DNA of 64,000 bases, from contig JAUXAG010000006.1 in NCBI GenBank assembly GCA_030614915.1, forward strand, positions 1,263 through 65,262, given 5' to 3'. Of this stretch, positions 29,238 to 38,708 are shown piece by piece (position 1 is the first letter of the stretch; each line of letters begins with the position of its first letter). The position numbers and the translations under genes were made by a program. Under the pieces are notes generated by a model that was not told the DNA's origin, did not search any database, and saw only the letters and a list, made by a program, of their open reading frames with translations. Source of the stretch: Actinomycetes bacterium (lineage in GTDB: Bacteria > Planctomycetota > Phycisphaerae > JAACET01).

Positions 29238-30641
29238 ATGCGAAAAACAAAGCTGATCTGTTTCGCGGCTGTTGTGCTGGCAGTTGGTGTTGGCTGGGCT
29301 GGCGGGGGAGAACTGGCGCCCGTTGCCTGTGAGCCGGATTTGGCGGTATTCCCGGCGGTCATGCTCCAGGGGAGTGTTGCTGACAAAGCCGGTACTGGCG
29401 TTGCCGGCCTCAGTTCAAGGGCCATTACGGGAGAGCTGATCCTGCGGGCCAAGCCCGGGAGCACGAACGAATCCTCCATTCGCTTTGCTCTGGACTACAG
29501 CAAGGAAGACGCAGCCAATCCGGATCTGTTGCTGATCGACTTCAACGGCAGCGGTAAATTCGACCCCGCCAAGGCCATTGCCTTACGCCCGACCAAAACA
29601 CCTCGCAAGAGCATTGATTACCAAGCCGATTTCGGACCGGCCGGCGCCTCAGCCCTGCGCCAAGGCAAAACCTTTCCTCTGCTGCTCCGTGGAGCCGTGT
29701 TGCGTTTGCAGCAAGGTCCGAACACAAAACAATATATGGTCGTCATCTCCATAGCCCCAGCCATACAGGGAAAGTGTCGCTTCGGCCAAACCGAGCACAC
29801 CCTCCGCCTGATCGACAACACCGGCGACTTCCGTTTCGACTGCAAAGGTGCATACGACCGCAAGAAGCCCGGCCCAATGGGGATCGGCACAGGTGATATC
29901 GTTCTCGTTGACACCACTGACAGCTCATTTGCTCGCCCAGCTGCCAAGGCCTTCTATGGCCAACCTGTGCGCCTTGATGGACAGTGGTACAATCTGACCA
30001 TCTCCGCAGACGGCAACAAAGTCGTCGCGGAAAAACTCGACCTCCCCACCGGCCAACTGCAGACTGATGCCGACAAATGGGAACTGATACTGCACCATAA
30101 CGGGCAATTGACTATGTTTGTCGGCGATTCTGCTCCGCTATCGATACCCGCTGGCCAGTACAACATTGTATATTGCCGCCGCTGGTCCACCCCGAACGCC
30201 CAAGGCCAACGGTCGTGGTTGTTAGCGATGGACAGGCAATTTCTCATGGGCAAAGACTCGCCCAGCTCTATCACGATCGCACCGGAAAAGAAACTCCTCC
30301 TGCCTATCGGCGCGCCCTTGAGCACTTCTATGACAGCCACGCCCAAAGGCGGGACCGTGGAGTTTTCTCTCAAAACACCCACGATTCAGCCGGGACTTTC
30401 CGTGGCCACCGTCGTCGGCAATAGCGGCGACCCGTATTCCCAAGCTAATCAGCCCAAGGTGAGGCTGACCGATGCCAACGGCAAGGTTATTGACGAGCTC
30501 ACCATGGAGTACGGGTGAGGCTTCACCTGCAGGCGCTCGTGGCGAGTGCCAGAAGGACTGAAAGGGACTTTCACCGCTGAAGTACGGTTTGACATTGGCT
30601 TTCCCGTCCAGTGCGACAAGGTGACGTTCACGCTCGAGTAG
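29238..30641 (+). CDS. Exported hypothetical protein, probable selenoprotein (UGA 30516-30518 read as Sec; 467 aa)
   Basis: Signal peptide; ORF ends MEYG-TGA but continues in frame GFTCRRSWRVPEGLKGTFTAEVRFDIGFPVQCDKVTFTLE-TAG; SECIS-like hairpin after UGA. Confidence 0.75.
30521..30564 (+). promoter_or_regulatory. Candidate bacterial SECIS element
   Basis: CTTCA-CCT-gca-GGCGCTCG-tgg-CGAGTGCC-aga-AGG-ac-TGAAAG; apical stem begins 13 nt after UGA, with G-containing loop. Confidence 0.65.
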
Positions 30642-30672
30642 CGTAGGTGCGCTTAGACCGATCTGACCCAGC

Positions 30673-30744
30673 CTGGCGACTGCCGGAGCCTTTATTACCG
30701 GTCAAATCATCTACGTCGACGGGGGATTCCTGGCCAGGCTTTGA
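30673..30744 (+). pseudogene. 3' remnant of an SDR oxidoreductase gene
   Basis: Translates LATAGAFITGQIIYVDGGFLARL*, the canonical SDR C-terminal ITGQxxxVDGG motif, with no start. Confidence 0.75.
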
Positions 30745-30769
30745 TCAGTCTCTCGAGCAATTCACCGGC

Positions 30770-31084
30770 TTAGACCACGGCCCAGCCGCCGGATAAGTCC
30801 ACCTCAAAAAGGTCGATGGTCTTTTCCCCCAGAGCATCCAGGCGTTTCTTGACCTCTTCTACAGGTTCACCGAGGACAGCTCGTTCGGCCTCCTGCTCTG
30901 AAGCGTACGCTGATTTGCTCATCAGCACCCGGAATTCTTCTCGACCCCAGGTCTCGTTTTTGGCAACGATCAGGTATTCCCAACGGTCCTCGTGGCCCTT
31001 GGTCGGGGGAGCGTTTACCACCCGCAGCGAAAATATCTGCCCTTCGGTGTTGTTGTAATCTAGAAGCTTGGTGTTAATGGCCAT
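30770..31084 (-). CDS. Hypothetical protein (104 aa)
   Basis: ATG 31084 after AGGAGG; protein-like composition; no family recognised. Confidence 0.7.
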   Translation of the reverse strand: MAINTKLLDYNNTEGQIFSLRVVNAPPTKGHEDRWEYLIVAKNETWGREEFRVLMSKSAYASEQEAERAVLGEPVEEVKKRLDALGEKTIDLFEVDLSGGWAVV

Positions 31085-31330
31085 TGCGCTTCCTCCTGAT
31101 TTTGCCGACACCGGGCCACTGGGCCCGAACCTGCCTAGACGCACTTGCACTGCGTGAGCTAGCCATCTTCTTACACACTGGTGTTCTCCTAGGGACCTTT
31201 ATCCACATGCCTTTCCGTCAAGGTCCCCGAGATATGCCGATCACCATGATATCTTCTCAAAGCCTGTGAGGCAATTGCAAAACGGTCCCCCAACGCAGGC
31301 CCAACAGCCCCGAGATAGCCGGGGAAAACA

Positions 31331-31359
31331 CTTGACGGGCCTTTGACCGCATGGTAAGC
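31331..31359 (+). promoter_or_regulatory. Sigma70-type promoter of CNNM-CNNM-tup-moaC operon
   Basis: TTGACG-N17-TAAGCT with TGn extended -10. Confidence 0.6.
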
Positions 31360-31510
31360 TGGGGACAGTCCGGTCTGCCTTTGAAATTGCCGGGCCCGAG
31401 CACAGGCTGATATGCATATCCTAACCGCTGAAGATACATCCGCCAGCGATTTTGACGAGCCGCCCGGAGGACCCGGGCGCCATTCCTTGGGGGGTATCTA
31501 AGAAACCCTG

Positions 31511-32884
31511 ATGGGTATCTTTGCCCAAATCTACAGTTTTTTGCCGCACTTCCTGGCTTTGGCGGGCCTGCTGTTTTTGTCTGCCTTCTTTTCCGGCTCA
31601 GAGACGGCCCTGTGTGCTCTGAGCAGAGCCAGAGTACGGCGACTGCGTGATTTGGCCGGGCGCCGCGGCCGGGCTGTGGCTCAGCTGTTATCCACCCCCG
31701 CCCGATTGTTCATGACCGTCCTGGTGGGCAATACCCTGGTGAATGTGACCTTATCCAGTATCGTCGCCGCCTTGGCCTTCAAACTGTTCGATGCGAGCGG
31801 TCTTTATGTAGCTATTCTCATATCCACTTTCCTGCTTCTGGTCTTCGGGGAGATTACCCCCAAGACCTTTGCGGTGCGCAACGCCGAGGGTTTTTCCCTT
31901 TTTGCATCCGGCCCGCTGCTGTGGTTTAGCCGGGTGATTTTCCCGGTTCGCCTGCTGCTGCGGCACTTGAGCAATTTAATCTTGTCCGTTCTGGGACTGG
32001 GCCGTCTCCAGAGCGAAAAACGTTTGAGCTCTGAGGAATTTGAAGCCGTCCTCGAGGCCGGCCGGGCCGACGGAATCCTGGCCGGCCACGAGGTCCGGAT
32101 TGTTCGCCGCATTTCTGAGCTGGGCCGAATTGACGCCAAGGAGATTATGGTTCCCCGCACCGCGATCATTGCTGCCGAGCAGCACTCCAAGATCGCCGAT
32201 CTGATCGAGTTGGCCAAGCGGGTGCGGCGTTGGCGGATCCCCATCTACGATCACAACATCGACAACATCTGGAGCATTTTTTACTTCAAGGATTTGCCCG
32301 CCTGGCGCGCACACAACATCGAGGAAATGACCGTTGAGCAATTCGTGAGGATGCGGGATAACCTGCCCAGCCCACCGGGTTCTGCCCTGATTCGTCCTGT
32401 TTTCCTGGTCCCACAGAGTCAATGGATTGATGTGCTCCTGGGGCAGATGCGCCGGCGCGGGGCACACCTGGCTGTTCTGCTGGATGAATACGGCGGCACC
32501 GCCGGTCTGGTAACCCTGGAGGATATCCTGGAGGAAATTGTCGGCGAGGCCTTTGAAGACTCCCACGGCACCGAAGCAGCACAGCGGCTCAACGCCCAGG
32601 GCCTGCGCCTGCTCGGCCGATCCCGCATTCGCGAGCTCAACCGCCGGTTCGGCCTGGACATTCCCAGCGGCGAGCTCGACACCCTGGGCGGTTACGTTAT
32701 GAGTCTTTTCGGCGATGTCCCCGAACTGGGCGAGCACATCGACGACGGGCAACTGGAGTTTCGGGTGCTCAAGCTGTCCGGCCGACGCATCGACGCCCTG
32801 CTGGTCCGCCGTTTGCCCAGTGCCCTGGGCCCTGACGAGCCCGAGGTAGATAACCCTGAGAAACGCAGCGAAGAACACAGTTGA
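31511..32884 (+). CDS. CNNM/hemolysin family CBS-domain transporter
   Basis: SAFFSGSETA, LVGNTLVN, FGEITPK, LDEYGGTAGLVTLEDILEEIVG. Confidence 0.92.
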   Translation: MGIFAQIYSFLPHFLALAGLLFLSAFFSGSETALCALSRARVRRLRDLAGRRGRAVAQLLSTPARLFMTVLVGNTLVNVTLSSIVAALAFKLFDASGLYVAILISTFLLLVFGEITPKTFAVRNAEGFSLFASGPLLWFSRVIFPVRLLLRHLSNLILSVLGLGRLQSEKRLSSEEFEAVLEAGRADGILAGHEVRIVRRISELGRIDAKEIMVPRTAIIAAEQHSKIADLIELAKRVRRWRIPIYDHNIDNIWSIFYFKDLPAWRAHNIEEMTVEQFVRMRDNLPSPPGSALIRPVFLVPQSQWIDVLLGQMRRRGAHLAVLLDEYGGTAGLVTLEDILEEIVGEAFEDSHGTEAAQRLNAQGLRLLGRSRIRELNRRFGLDIPSGELDTLGGYVMSLFGDVPELGEHIDDGQLEFRVLKLSGRRIDALLVRRLPSALGPDEPEVDNPEKRSEEHS

Positions 32885-32899
32885 GGAGGTTTTGTTTTA

Positions 32900-33916
32900 G
32901 TGATTGAGTTGCTGGTCATAATCTTGGTGGTGATCTTTTTGGTTCTGGAGGGTTTGTTCTCCGGTTTAGAGACTGCCATTATTTCCGCCAATCAGGCCAA
33001 GCTGCGGCTTTTGGCCTCGAAGGGGGACCGCCGGGCCAAACTAGCCCTGAAGCTTCTGGGCAAGAGTGAAGAACTCCTGGCCACCACCTTGGTGGGCAGC
33101 AATTTTGCCCTGGTCACCGGCACAACCCTGGCTACTTGGCTCATCGCCCGTTGGGTTCCGCCGCACTGGAACGAAAGTTTGGTTGCTATACTGATCATGA
33201 CCCCCGTAATCCTGGTCTGTTTCGAACTGATACCCAAATGCATATTCCGGGTTCACGCCGACAGCATTGCCTTGCACATTGCCGGGCCCTTGCGACTGGC
33301 TCAAAGATTGCTGTACCCAATAATCGCCATAGCTACCCGGATCACCCGGATGCTGCTTTGGCTGACCCGCAGGCCCAGCAGTACCGTGGACAGCGACGTT
33401 TTCCGCAGAGAGCTCAAGGCCTTGGCCCAGATTGGTGAAGAGCACGGCGTGTTCGCTCCCCAGACCCGGTTGATGCTTCAGAGCGTCTTTGATCTCGGCG
33501 ACCGTCTGGTCGGTACGGTTATGGTCCCTCTCAAGCGAATGGTCGCTGTGCCCTCCCAAGCTACCGTGGAGCAGGTCGAACGGCTCACCGCCCGCACGGG
33601 TTACTCGCATTTTCCGGTTTATCAGGACCGGCCCGACAACATCGTGGGTATTGTCAACTTGACCGATGTAATGTATGGTTCTACTTCGGCCGATGCCCCA
33701 ATCGAGCCCGCTGTCCGCCGTGAAGTTACCAGAATTCCTCCCAACAAGTCGGTTGGTGCTTTGCTGACGGAGTTTCGTTACAGCCAGATTCCCTTGGCTA
33801 TCGTAGTGGGCAAAGACGGTCGTGCTCTGGGATTGCTCAGTCCCCAGGACCTTTTAGAAGAGATAGTTGGTACCATCAGGGACGAGCGTGCACTTGGGCA
33901 GGATGGGGCTGACTGA
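32900..33916 (+). CDS. CNNM + CBS domain protein lacking CorC_HlyC tail
   Basis: EGLFSGLETA, TTLVGSN, ELIPK, DLLEEIVG. Confidence 0.9.
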   Translation: MIELLVIILVVIFLVLEGLFSGLETAIISANQAKLRLLASKGDRRAKLALKLLGKSEELLATTLVGSNFALVTGTTLATWLIARWVPPHWNESLVAILIMTPVILVCFELIPKCIFRVHADSIALHIAGPLRLAQRLLYPIIAIATRITRMLLWLTRRPSSTVDSDVFRRELKALAQIGEEHGVFAPQTRLMLQSVFDLGDRLVGTVMVPLKRMVAVPSQATVEQVERLTARTGYSHFPVYQDRPDNIVGIVNLTDVMYGSTSADAPIEPAVRREVTRIPPNKSVGALLTEFRYSQIPLAIVVGKDGRALGLLSPQDLLEEIVGTIRDERALGQDGAD

Positions 33917-33919
33917 GCG

Positions 33920-34753
33920 ATGAAACAGATTCGGTATTTTACTACGTTGGTCTTCTGCGCTGTCTTGCTAGTCGGTTGTAGCGAGCAAGAACCCAAGGCC
34001 ATCAAGTTAGCTACGACCACCTCGACCGCCAGTTCCGGCCTTTTGGACGTGGTGGTGTCGGCCTTCCAGGCGAAAACCGGCATCATCGTGCAGGTCATGC
34101 CCATGGGCACGGGCAAGGCCCTGCGAACCGCCCGCGACGGAAATTGCGACCTGGTGCTGGTCCATGCCCCAAAAGCAGAACAGCAGTTCGTCAACGAAGG
34201 CTGGGGCGTAAACCGTCGGCAGGTGATGTACAACGCTTTTGTCGTCCTGGGTCCGCCCAGCGACCCGGCTGAAGTGAGGGGTATGGAATCGGCTGTCGAG
34301 GCCATGAAAAGGATTGCCGCCACTGGAAGTGTTTTCGTTAGCCGTGGAGATAATTCCGGCACCCACAAAAAAGAATTGGAGCTTTGGGAGGCGGTTGGCC
34401 TTGAACCGAGCGGCCCATGGTATCGCTCGGTGGGCAAAGGTATGGGCCAAACGCTGATCATGGCTGACGAAATGGAGGCCTACGTATTGGCTGACCGCGG
34501 CAGCTTCATCAAGTTTCGTAAGAAGATCAACTTGGTAGTGCTGGTCGCCGGCGATAAGATGCTGTATAATCCCTATGGGCTCATCGCGGTTAATCCGAAG
34601 AAGTATCCACAGGTGAAATATGTCCAGGCCATGAAGTTCATCGAATTTTTGAGCTCTGCAGAAGGTCAAAAGCTCATCGGTGATTACAAACTGGATGGAG
34701 AAATCCTCTTCCACCCCCTATTAAGGAAAGGCGAAACTCGCAAGGCCCAATGA
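33920..34753 (+). CDS. tupA: Tungstate ABC transporter substrate-binding lipoprotein
   Basis: ATTTS..SGLL, GTGKAL, VLVHAP, FVSRGDNSGTH.KE, GMGQTL. Confidence 0.92.
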   Translation: MKQIRYFTTLVFCAVLLVGCSEQEPKAIKLATTTSTASSGLLDVVVSAFQAKTGIIVQVMPMGTGKALRTARDGNCDLVLVHAPKAEQQFVNEGWGVNRRQVMYNAFVVLGPPSDPAEVRGMESAVEAMKRIAATGSVFVSRGDNSGTHKKELELWEAVGLEPSGPWYRSVGKGMGQTLIMADEMEAYVLADRGSFIKFRKKINLVVLVAGDKMLYNPYGLIAVNPKKYPQVKYVQAMKFIEFLSSAEGQKLIGDYKLDGEILFHPLLRKGETRKAQ

Positions 34754-34813
34754 GCTAGTGGTTGAGTTGAGGGGCATACGTCGGTCCAGACTTACTGATG
34801 AAAGGCGACGAAC

Positions 34814-36244
34814 ATGAACAAGCAAATGCTGGCTTCATTGGTCCTGCTGACAATGGTTCTGTGTTCCTGCGAAGAAGACGAATATCGGATTGAGATGAGG
34901 CCGTGCGGCGAAGGGTTAGAGCGAAAGCTAACTGTGACCCGATACGAGCACGTCACGGGTCCAGATGGAGTAACCGAAAAGGTATATAAAAACGTTCCGG
35001 AGGGAACACTAGCCGCTATTTCCAAACTTTACCCCAAGCGCCTGGATACTTCGAACCCCAAAATCCATAGTTTCATCGGGACCTTCACAGAAAGGATGCC
35101 CAACGATGTCGGAGGGGCCGGGACATACGAATGCCTGCAAACGCCCATGGGCTCAGCTTTCCTCTATGTCGAACGCTTCCGTGGTAACGACCAGCCAGGC
35201 GAAACGCTTCAGGAAACGTTCCGCTCGGCCGACCGGCTGACCGACATGCTGATAGGATGGCTAAAGTCGGAATTCGGCGGCTACAAGGAATTCCCAAAAC
35301 TCCGGCGCTTTATGGACCAGGATTTTCGCAACGATATCAAGAACCTCAGCACATACCTTTGGCTGGGTTCGAACGAATCCCGGCATATCTGGGAGGATGG
35401 AGACAGCCAGGAAAAGGCCCAAATGGAAATCGCTGCCCGTGCATTTCAATGTCTCGTGGAGCGCAATTATTTAGCCGTGGACGAACTGCCTTTGATTATG
35501 AGGGCCGGAGAGCAAGAATTATATTCGAAGCACCTGAAGCCGCTGATCGGGAAGCTTTTGGTCAGAAAGGTGAAGTTAGCTGACCAGAATCTTATTGCGG
35601 AGCTGAGCACGCTTCTAACCGACCCTGAGCAGCTGGCAAGGTCATTGAGGGATTACTTTGCCAGCACAAACGAATACAAGAAACGGCTCAAGGAACACAA
35701 AAAGACAATTCGTGAGACAGAGGTGTCCAACTCAACTCTAGAGCCACCTGATCCGCTAGAATCACTCGAAGAAGCCTTCAGGGGTCTGGTGCACGTGGAA
35801 GTGAGTTTTGGGTCGGACGACCTGCACGTCGAACTGTGGACGACTCAGAAACCGGTAGCGACCAATGGCAAGTGGGAAGAACAACAAAAACGCCTTGTTT
35901 GGTCTACAGAGCTGACGTCCAGAGATACTGACAGTACCCGATTGCCCGAGGTGTGCTACGCTGTATGGTGCGAGCCGAATGAAGAAACCCAGGAAAAGCA
36001 CTTTAACGATACTGTCCTACTTGGCGAGAATCTACTGAAGTATTGTCTCTGGTATAAGAGCCTAAGTGAAGAGGAAGCGGCTGAGTGGGATAGCCTTGTC
36101 GAAACCCTGGGACCAGATGAGGACTCGTTCAAACGTCTAGAAGCGTTCAGATTCTCAGATGAACGAGCAAAGCCAGCTAAGCCGAGCTATGCTCAGCAGG
36201 CGATTGAACTGATCAAAGATGCACTTGAACGTGAGCAGGAGTGA
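34814..36244 (+). CDS. Hypothetical lipoprotein inserted in tup operon
   Basis: Lipobox LCSC; 476 aa; its stop overlaps the tupB start (GTGA). Confidence 0.8.
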   Translation: MNKQMLASLVLLTMVLCSCEEDEYRIEMRPCGEGLERKLTVTRYEHVTGPDGVTEKVYKNVPEGTLAAISKLYPKRLDTSNPKIHSFIGTFTERMPNDVGGAGTYECLQTPMGSAFLYVERFRGNDQPGETLQETFRSADRLTDMLIGWLKSEFGGYKEFPKLRRFMDQDFRNDIKNLSTYLWLGSNESRHIWEDGDSQEKAQMEIAARAFQCLVERNYLAVDELPLIMRAGEQELYSKHLKPLIGKLLVRKVKLADQNLIAELSTLLTDPEQLARSLRDYFASTNEYKKRLKEHKKTIRETEVSNSTLEPPDPLESLEEAFRGLVHVEVSFGSDDLHVELWTTQKPVATNGKWEEQQKRLVWSTELTSRDTDSTRLPEVCYAVWCEPNEETQEKHFNDTVLLGENLLKYCLWYKSLSEEEAAEWDSLVETLGPDEDSFKRLEAFRFSDERAKPAKPSYAQQAIELIKDALEREQE

Positions 36245-36951
36245 ACATAATCGAAGCAGTAAGACAAGCCGGCCAACTAATCCGCACGCTCGATCCGAAT
36301 CTATTGGAGTGCGTCCGGACTACGTTGATCTGTTCGCTGACAGCTACAGTAGCAGCGGTATTAGCGGGCGTGCCGTTAGCTGTGCTTTTGGGTCGCAAAA
36401 TTTTTCCAGGCCGAGACGCGCTGGTGCTGGCCGCACACACAGGAATGGCTGTGCCCACGGTGGTGATTGGTCTGGTACTTTATGGGCTGCTCAGCCGCAA
36501 CGGTCCGCTGGAATCTCTGGAGCTTCTGTATACGCGAAAGGCAATCATCATTGGCGAGTTCGCCCTGGCCCTGCCGATAATCGTAGCCTTGTTTTCGTCG
36601 GCCACCGCTGGGCTAGCGCCCAAACTGGAAATGACTGCCCGTACGCTTGGAGCCGGACGCTTGCGTACCTTTTGGACGGTCGTTAGCGAGGCCAAAGTGG
36701 GCCTGATCGCCGCGACGATGTCCGCTTTCGGTCGAGTCTGTTCGGAACTGGGCATTGCCATGATGGTCGGCGGAAATATAAAATACCACACGCGTACCAT
36801 GACCACAGCCATTGCCATGGAGACCGCTGGTGGCCAATTCGCCCTGGCTTTGGCCCTGGGCCTGATTCTGTTACTGATTGCTTTAGGTATTAATGTGGCT
36901 GCCCAGGTTTTTCGCCTGCCGACCCAAAGGCGTCATCCGGATGTTCTGTGA
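36241..36951 (+). CDS. tupB: Tungstate ABC transporter permease
   Basis: PTVVIGL..Y.LLSRNGPL, FGRVCSELGIAMMVGGNI...TRTMTTAIAMET. Confidence 0.92.
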   Translation: MNIIEAVRQAGQLIRTLDPNLLECVRTTLICSLTATVAAVLAGVPLAVLLGRKIFPGRDALVLAAHTGMAVPTVVIGLVLYGLLSRNGPLESLELLYTRKAIIIGEFALALPIIVALFSSATAGLAPKLEMTARTLGAGRLRTFWTVVSEAKVGLIAATMSAFGRVCSELGIAMMVGGNIKYHTRTMTTAIAMETAGGQFALALALGLILLLIALGINVAAQVFRLPTQRRHPDVL

Positions 36952-37606
36952 ATGTTATGATATAATGGTTCGCTACGGCAAGGCAGTTGTGCTCGACGTG
37001 GAGCGCCTGGCTATCCCAGCCGGGCGGATTACCGGCATTGTCGGTCCCAACGGGGCTGGCAAGACCACGCTGCTGGAGGTGATGGCCCTGCTTCGCCGCC
37101 CAACCCGTGGCCAGGTCAGCTTGTGGGGTCAACCCGCTCGTCCAGGCGATCGGAAACTTCAGCGAAAGGTCGTAATGGTAATGCACTCGGGCTATATGTT
37201 CCGCGGCAGCGTGCGGGATAACGTCATATACGGCCTGAAGGCACGCAGGCTCAGGACTCAAAAAGCCAAGATCAGAGCGGCCCAAGCCCTTCAGATAGTG
37301 GACCTGTCCAAATTTACCCGGCACGATGTGGCTGGATTGTCAGCCGGCCAGCGCCAGCGGGTCAACCTGGCCCGGGCAATTGCCATCGCCCCGCGAGCCA
37401 TATTGCTTGATGAACCCTCTGCCAACGTGGATTCCCAGACGGTTGAGATCATCTGCAATCTGCTTTGTCGGCTTCGGGATGAACAAGGAACGACAATCGT
37501 TCATACCTGCCCAGCCAATAGCCGGCTTCGTGAGATCACCGATCAATTCGTTGAACTCACAAATGGGCAAGTGCAAAACAATAACAAACGGGTAAATCGG
37601 CAGTAG
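36941..37606 (+). CDS. tupC: Tungstate ABC transporter ATPase
   Basis: GPNGAGKT, LSAGQRQR, ILLDEP; ATG 36941 overlaps tupB end. Confidence 0.85.
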   Translation: MFCECYDIMVRYGKAVVLDVERLAIPAGRITGIVGPNGAGKTTLLEVMALLRRPTRGQVSLWGQPARPGDRKLQRKVVMVMHSGYMFRGSVRDNVIYGLKARRLRTQKAKIRAAQALQIVDLSKFTRHDVAGLSAGQRQRVNLARAIAIAPRAILLDEPSANVDSQTVEIICNLLCRLRDEQGTTIVHTCPANSRLREITDQFVELTNGQVQNNNKRVNRQ

Positions 37607-37625
37607 AGTAAAAAGGTACAATATC

Positions 37626-38096
37626 ATGGGGCTAAGTCATACGGATTCAACCGGCAATCCGCGGATGGTGGACGTTTCCGCCAAGGAGCTTACCTCTCGT
37701 TTGGCCCGGGCCCAGGCCATCGTTCGCCTGGGTCCTGCTATCGCTGGGCAACTGGCGGATACGCCGACCACCGCCAAGGGTAATGTGCTGCAGGTAGCCC
37801 GCCTAGCGGGCATCCAGGCCGCCAAGAGGACCGCCGAGCTGATTCCCTTGTGTCATCCGCTGCCCCTGGAGCGTATCGACCTCGAGGCCGAGTTGGCCGG
37901 TAACTGCGTTCGCATCGAGGCCACCGTAGCAGCTCGGGCCCGGACCGGTCTGGAGATGGAAGCCCTTACCGCCGTTTCCGTAGCCGCCTTGAGTGTCTAT
38001 GACATGTGCAAGGCCTTGGGAAAGGATATCGAGATCAGCGACATTCGCCTGCTGGAAAAATCGGGCGGGAAAAGCGGCCGATACCAGCGAAAGTGA
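37626..38096 (+). CDS. moaC: Cyclic pyranopterin monophosphate synthase
   Basis: MVDVSAK, KGNVL.VARLAGIQAAKRT.ELIPLCHP, TGLEMEALT, YDMCKA. Confidence 0.96.
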   Translation: MGLSHTDSTGNPRMVDVSAKELTSRLARAQAIVRLGPAIAGQLADTPTTAKGNVLQVARLAGIQAAKRTAELIPLCHPLPLERIDLEAELAGNCVRIEATVAARARTGLEMEALTAVSVAALSVYDMCKALGKDIEISDIRLLEKSGGKSGRYQRK

Positions 38097-38185
38097 TGCT
38101 TGTTCGAGCCCCAGCCCCGGGGTACAATTAGCGCCCTTGGACCTGCTGTGGGAATACTCGCCCGGCAATACTTAAGGATGCAGTC

Positions 38186-38701
38186 ATGGCCCTAATAGTC
38201 AAATCCACCAAGGAACGGGTCGTAAAGTTATTCATCGTCACCGTGTTGTGTTTCGGTTTTGCTGCCTGGTGTCAGTACGACGCTTTATACAAATACGATG
38301 GTCCAGAGAAAGCTAGTAAGCGTCGGTTCAATCAAGGGGCCGTGCCGGTTCTGATTGTCTTGGGAGGCCTTGTCCTTTTTCTAGCTGTCAGGGCAGTCAA
38401 GCTGCGGATTGAGGCCGATGAGCAGACCGGCATCAGTATCAACGGCCGAGCAGCGATTGCTTGGGAGGCGATTGAGGACATCGACACCAGCGCCTTGGCT
38501 AAAAAGGGCTACTTGTACATCAAGTACCGCAAATCGCCGGATGAGTCAGCCACGCTGAAACTGGATGAATATAACCTGGACTTTTTTGACGAACTCTACG
38601 CCATGATCCGAACCAAGCTAGGCCTGCCCGAGTTGGCCGGGGCTCAATCCGAACCATCCGCCAGTGATTCGCCGGCAGACAGCGAAAAACCACCCACCTG
38701 A
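38186..38701 (+). CDS. Hypothetical two-TM membrane protein with PH-like C-terminal region
   Basis: Two hydrophobic helices, IAWEAIEDID...KKGYLYIKY. Confidence 0.7.
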   Translation: MALIVKSTKERVVKLFIVTVLCFGFAAWCQYDALYKYDGPEKASKRRFNQGAVPVLIVLGGLVLFLAVRAVKLRIEADEQTGISINGRAAIAWEAIEDIDTSALAKKGYLYIKYRKSPDESATLKLDEYNLDFFDELYAMIRTKLGLPELAGAQSEPSASDSPADSEKPPT

Positions 38702-38708
38702 GAGTAAT

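Noticed and set aside
31199-31207. DnaA box TTATCCACA
   Set aside because: Single box, no cluster or dnaA context; skew direction argues against oriC.
31360-31510. Possible metal riboswitch (M-box, NiCo, yybP, fluoride) before CNNM genes
   Set aside because: Short motif-like words occur, but not in the order or structure of any family I know.
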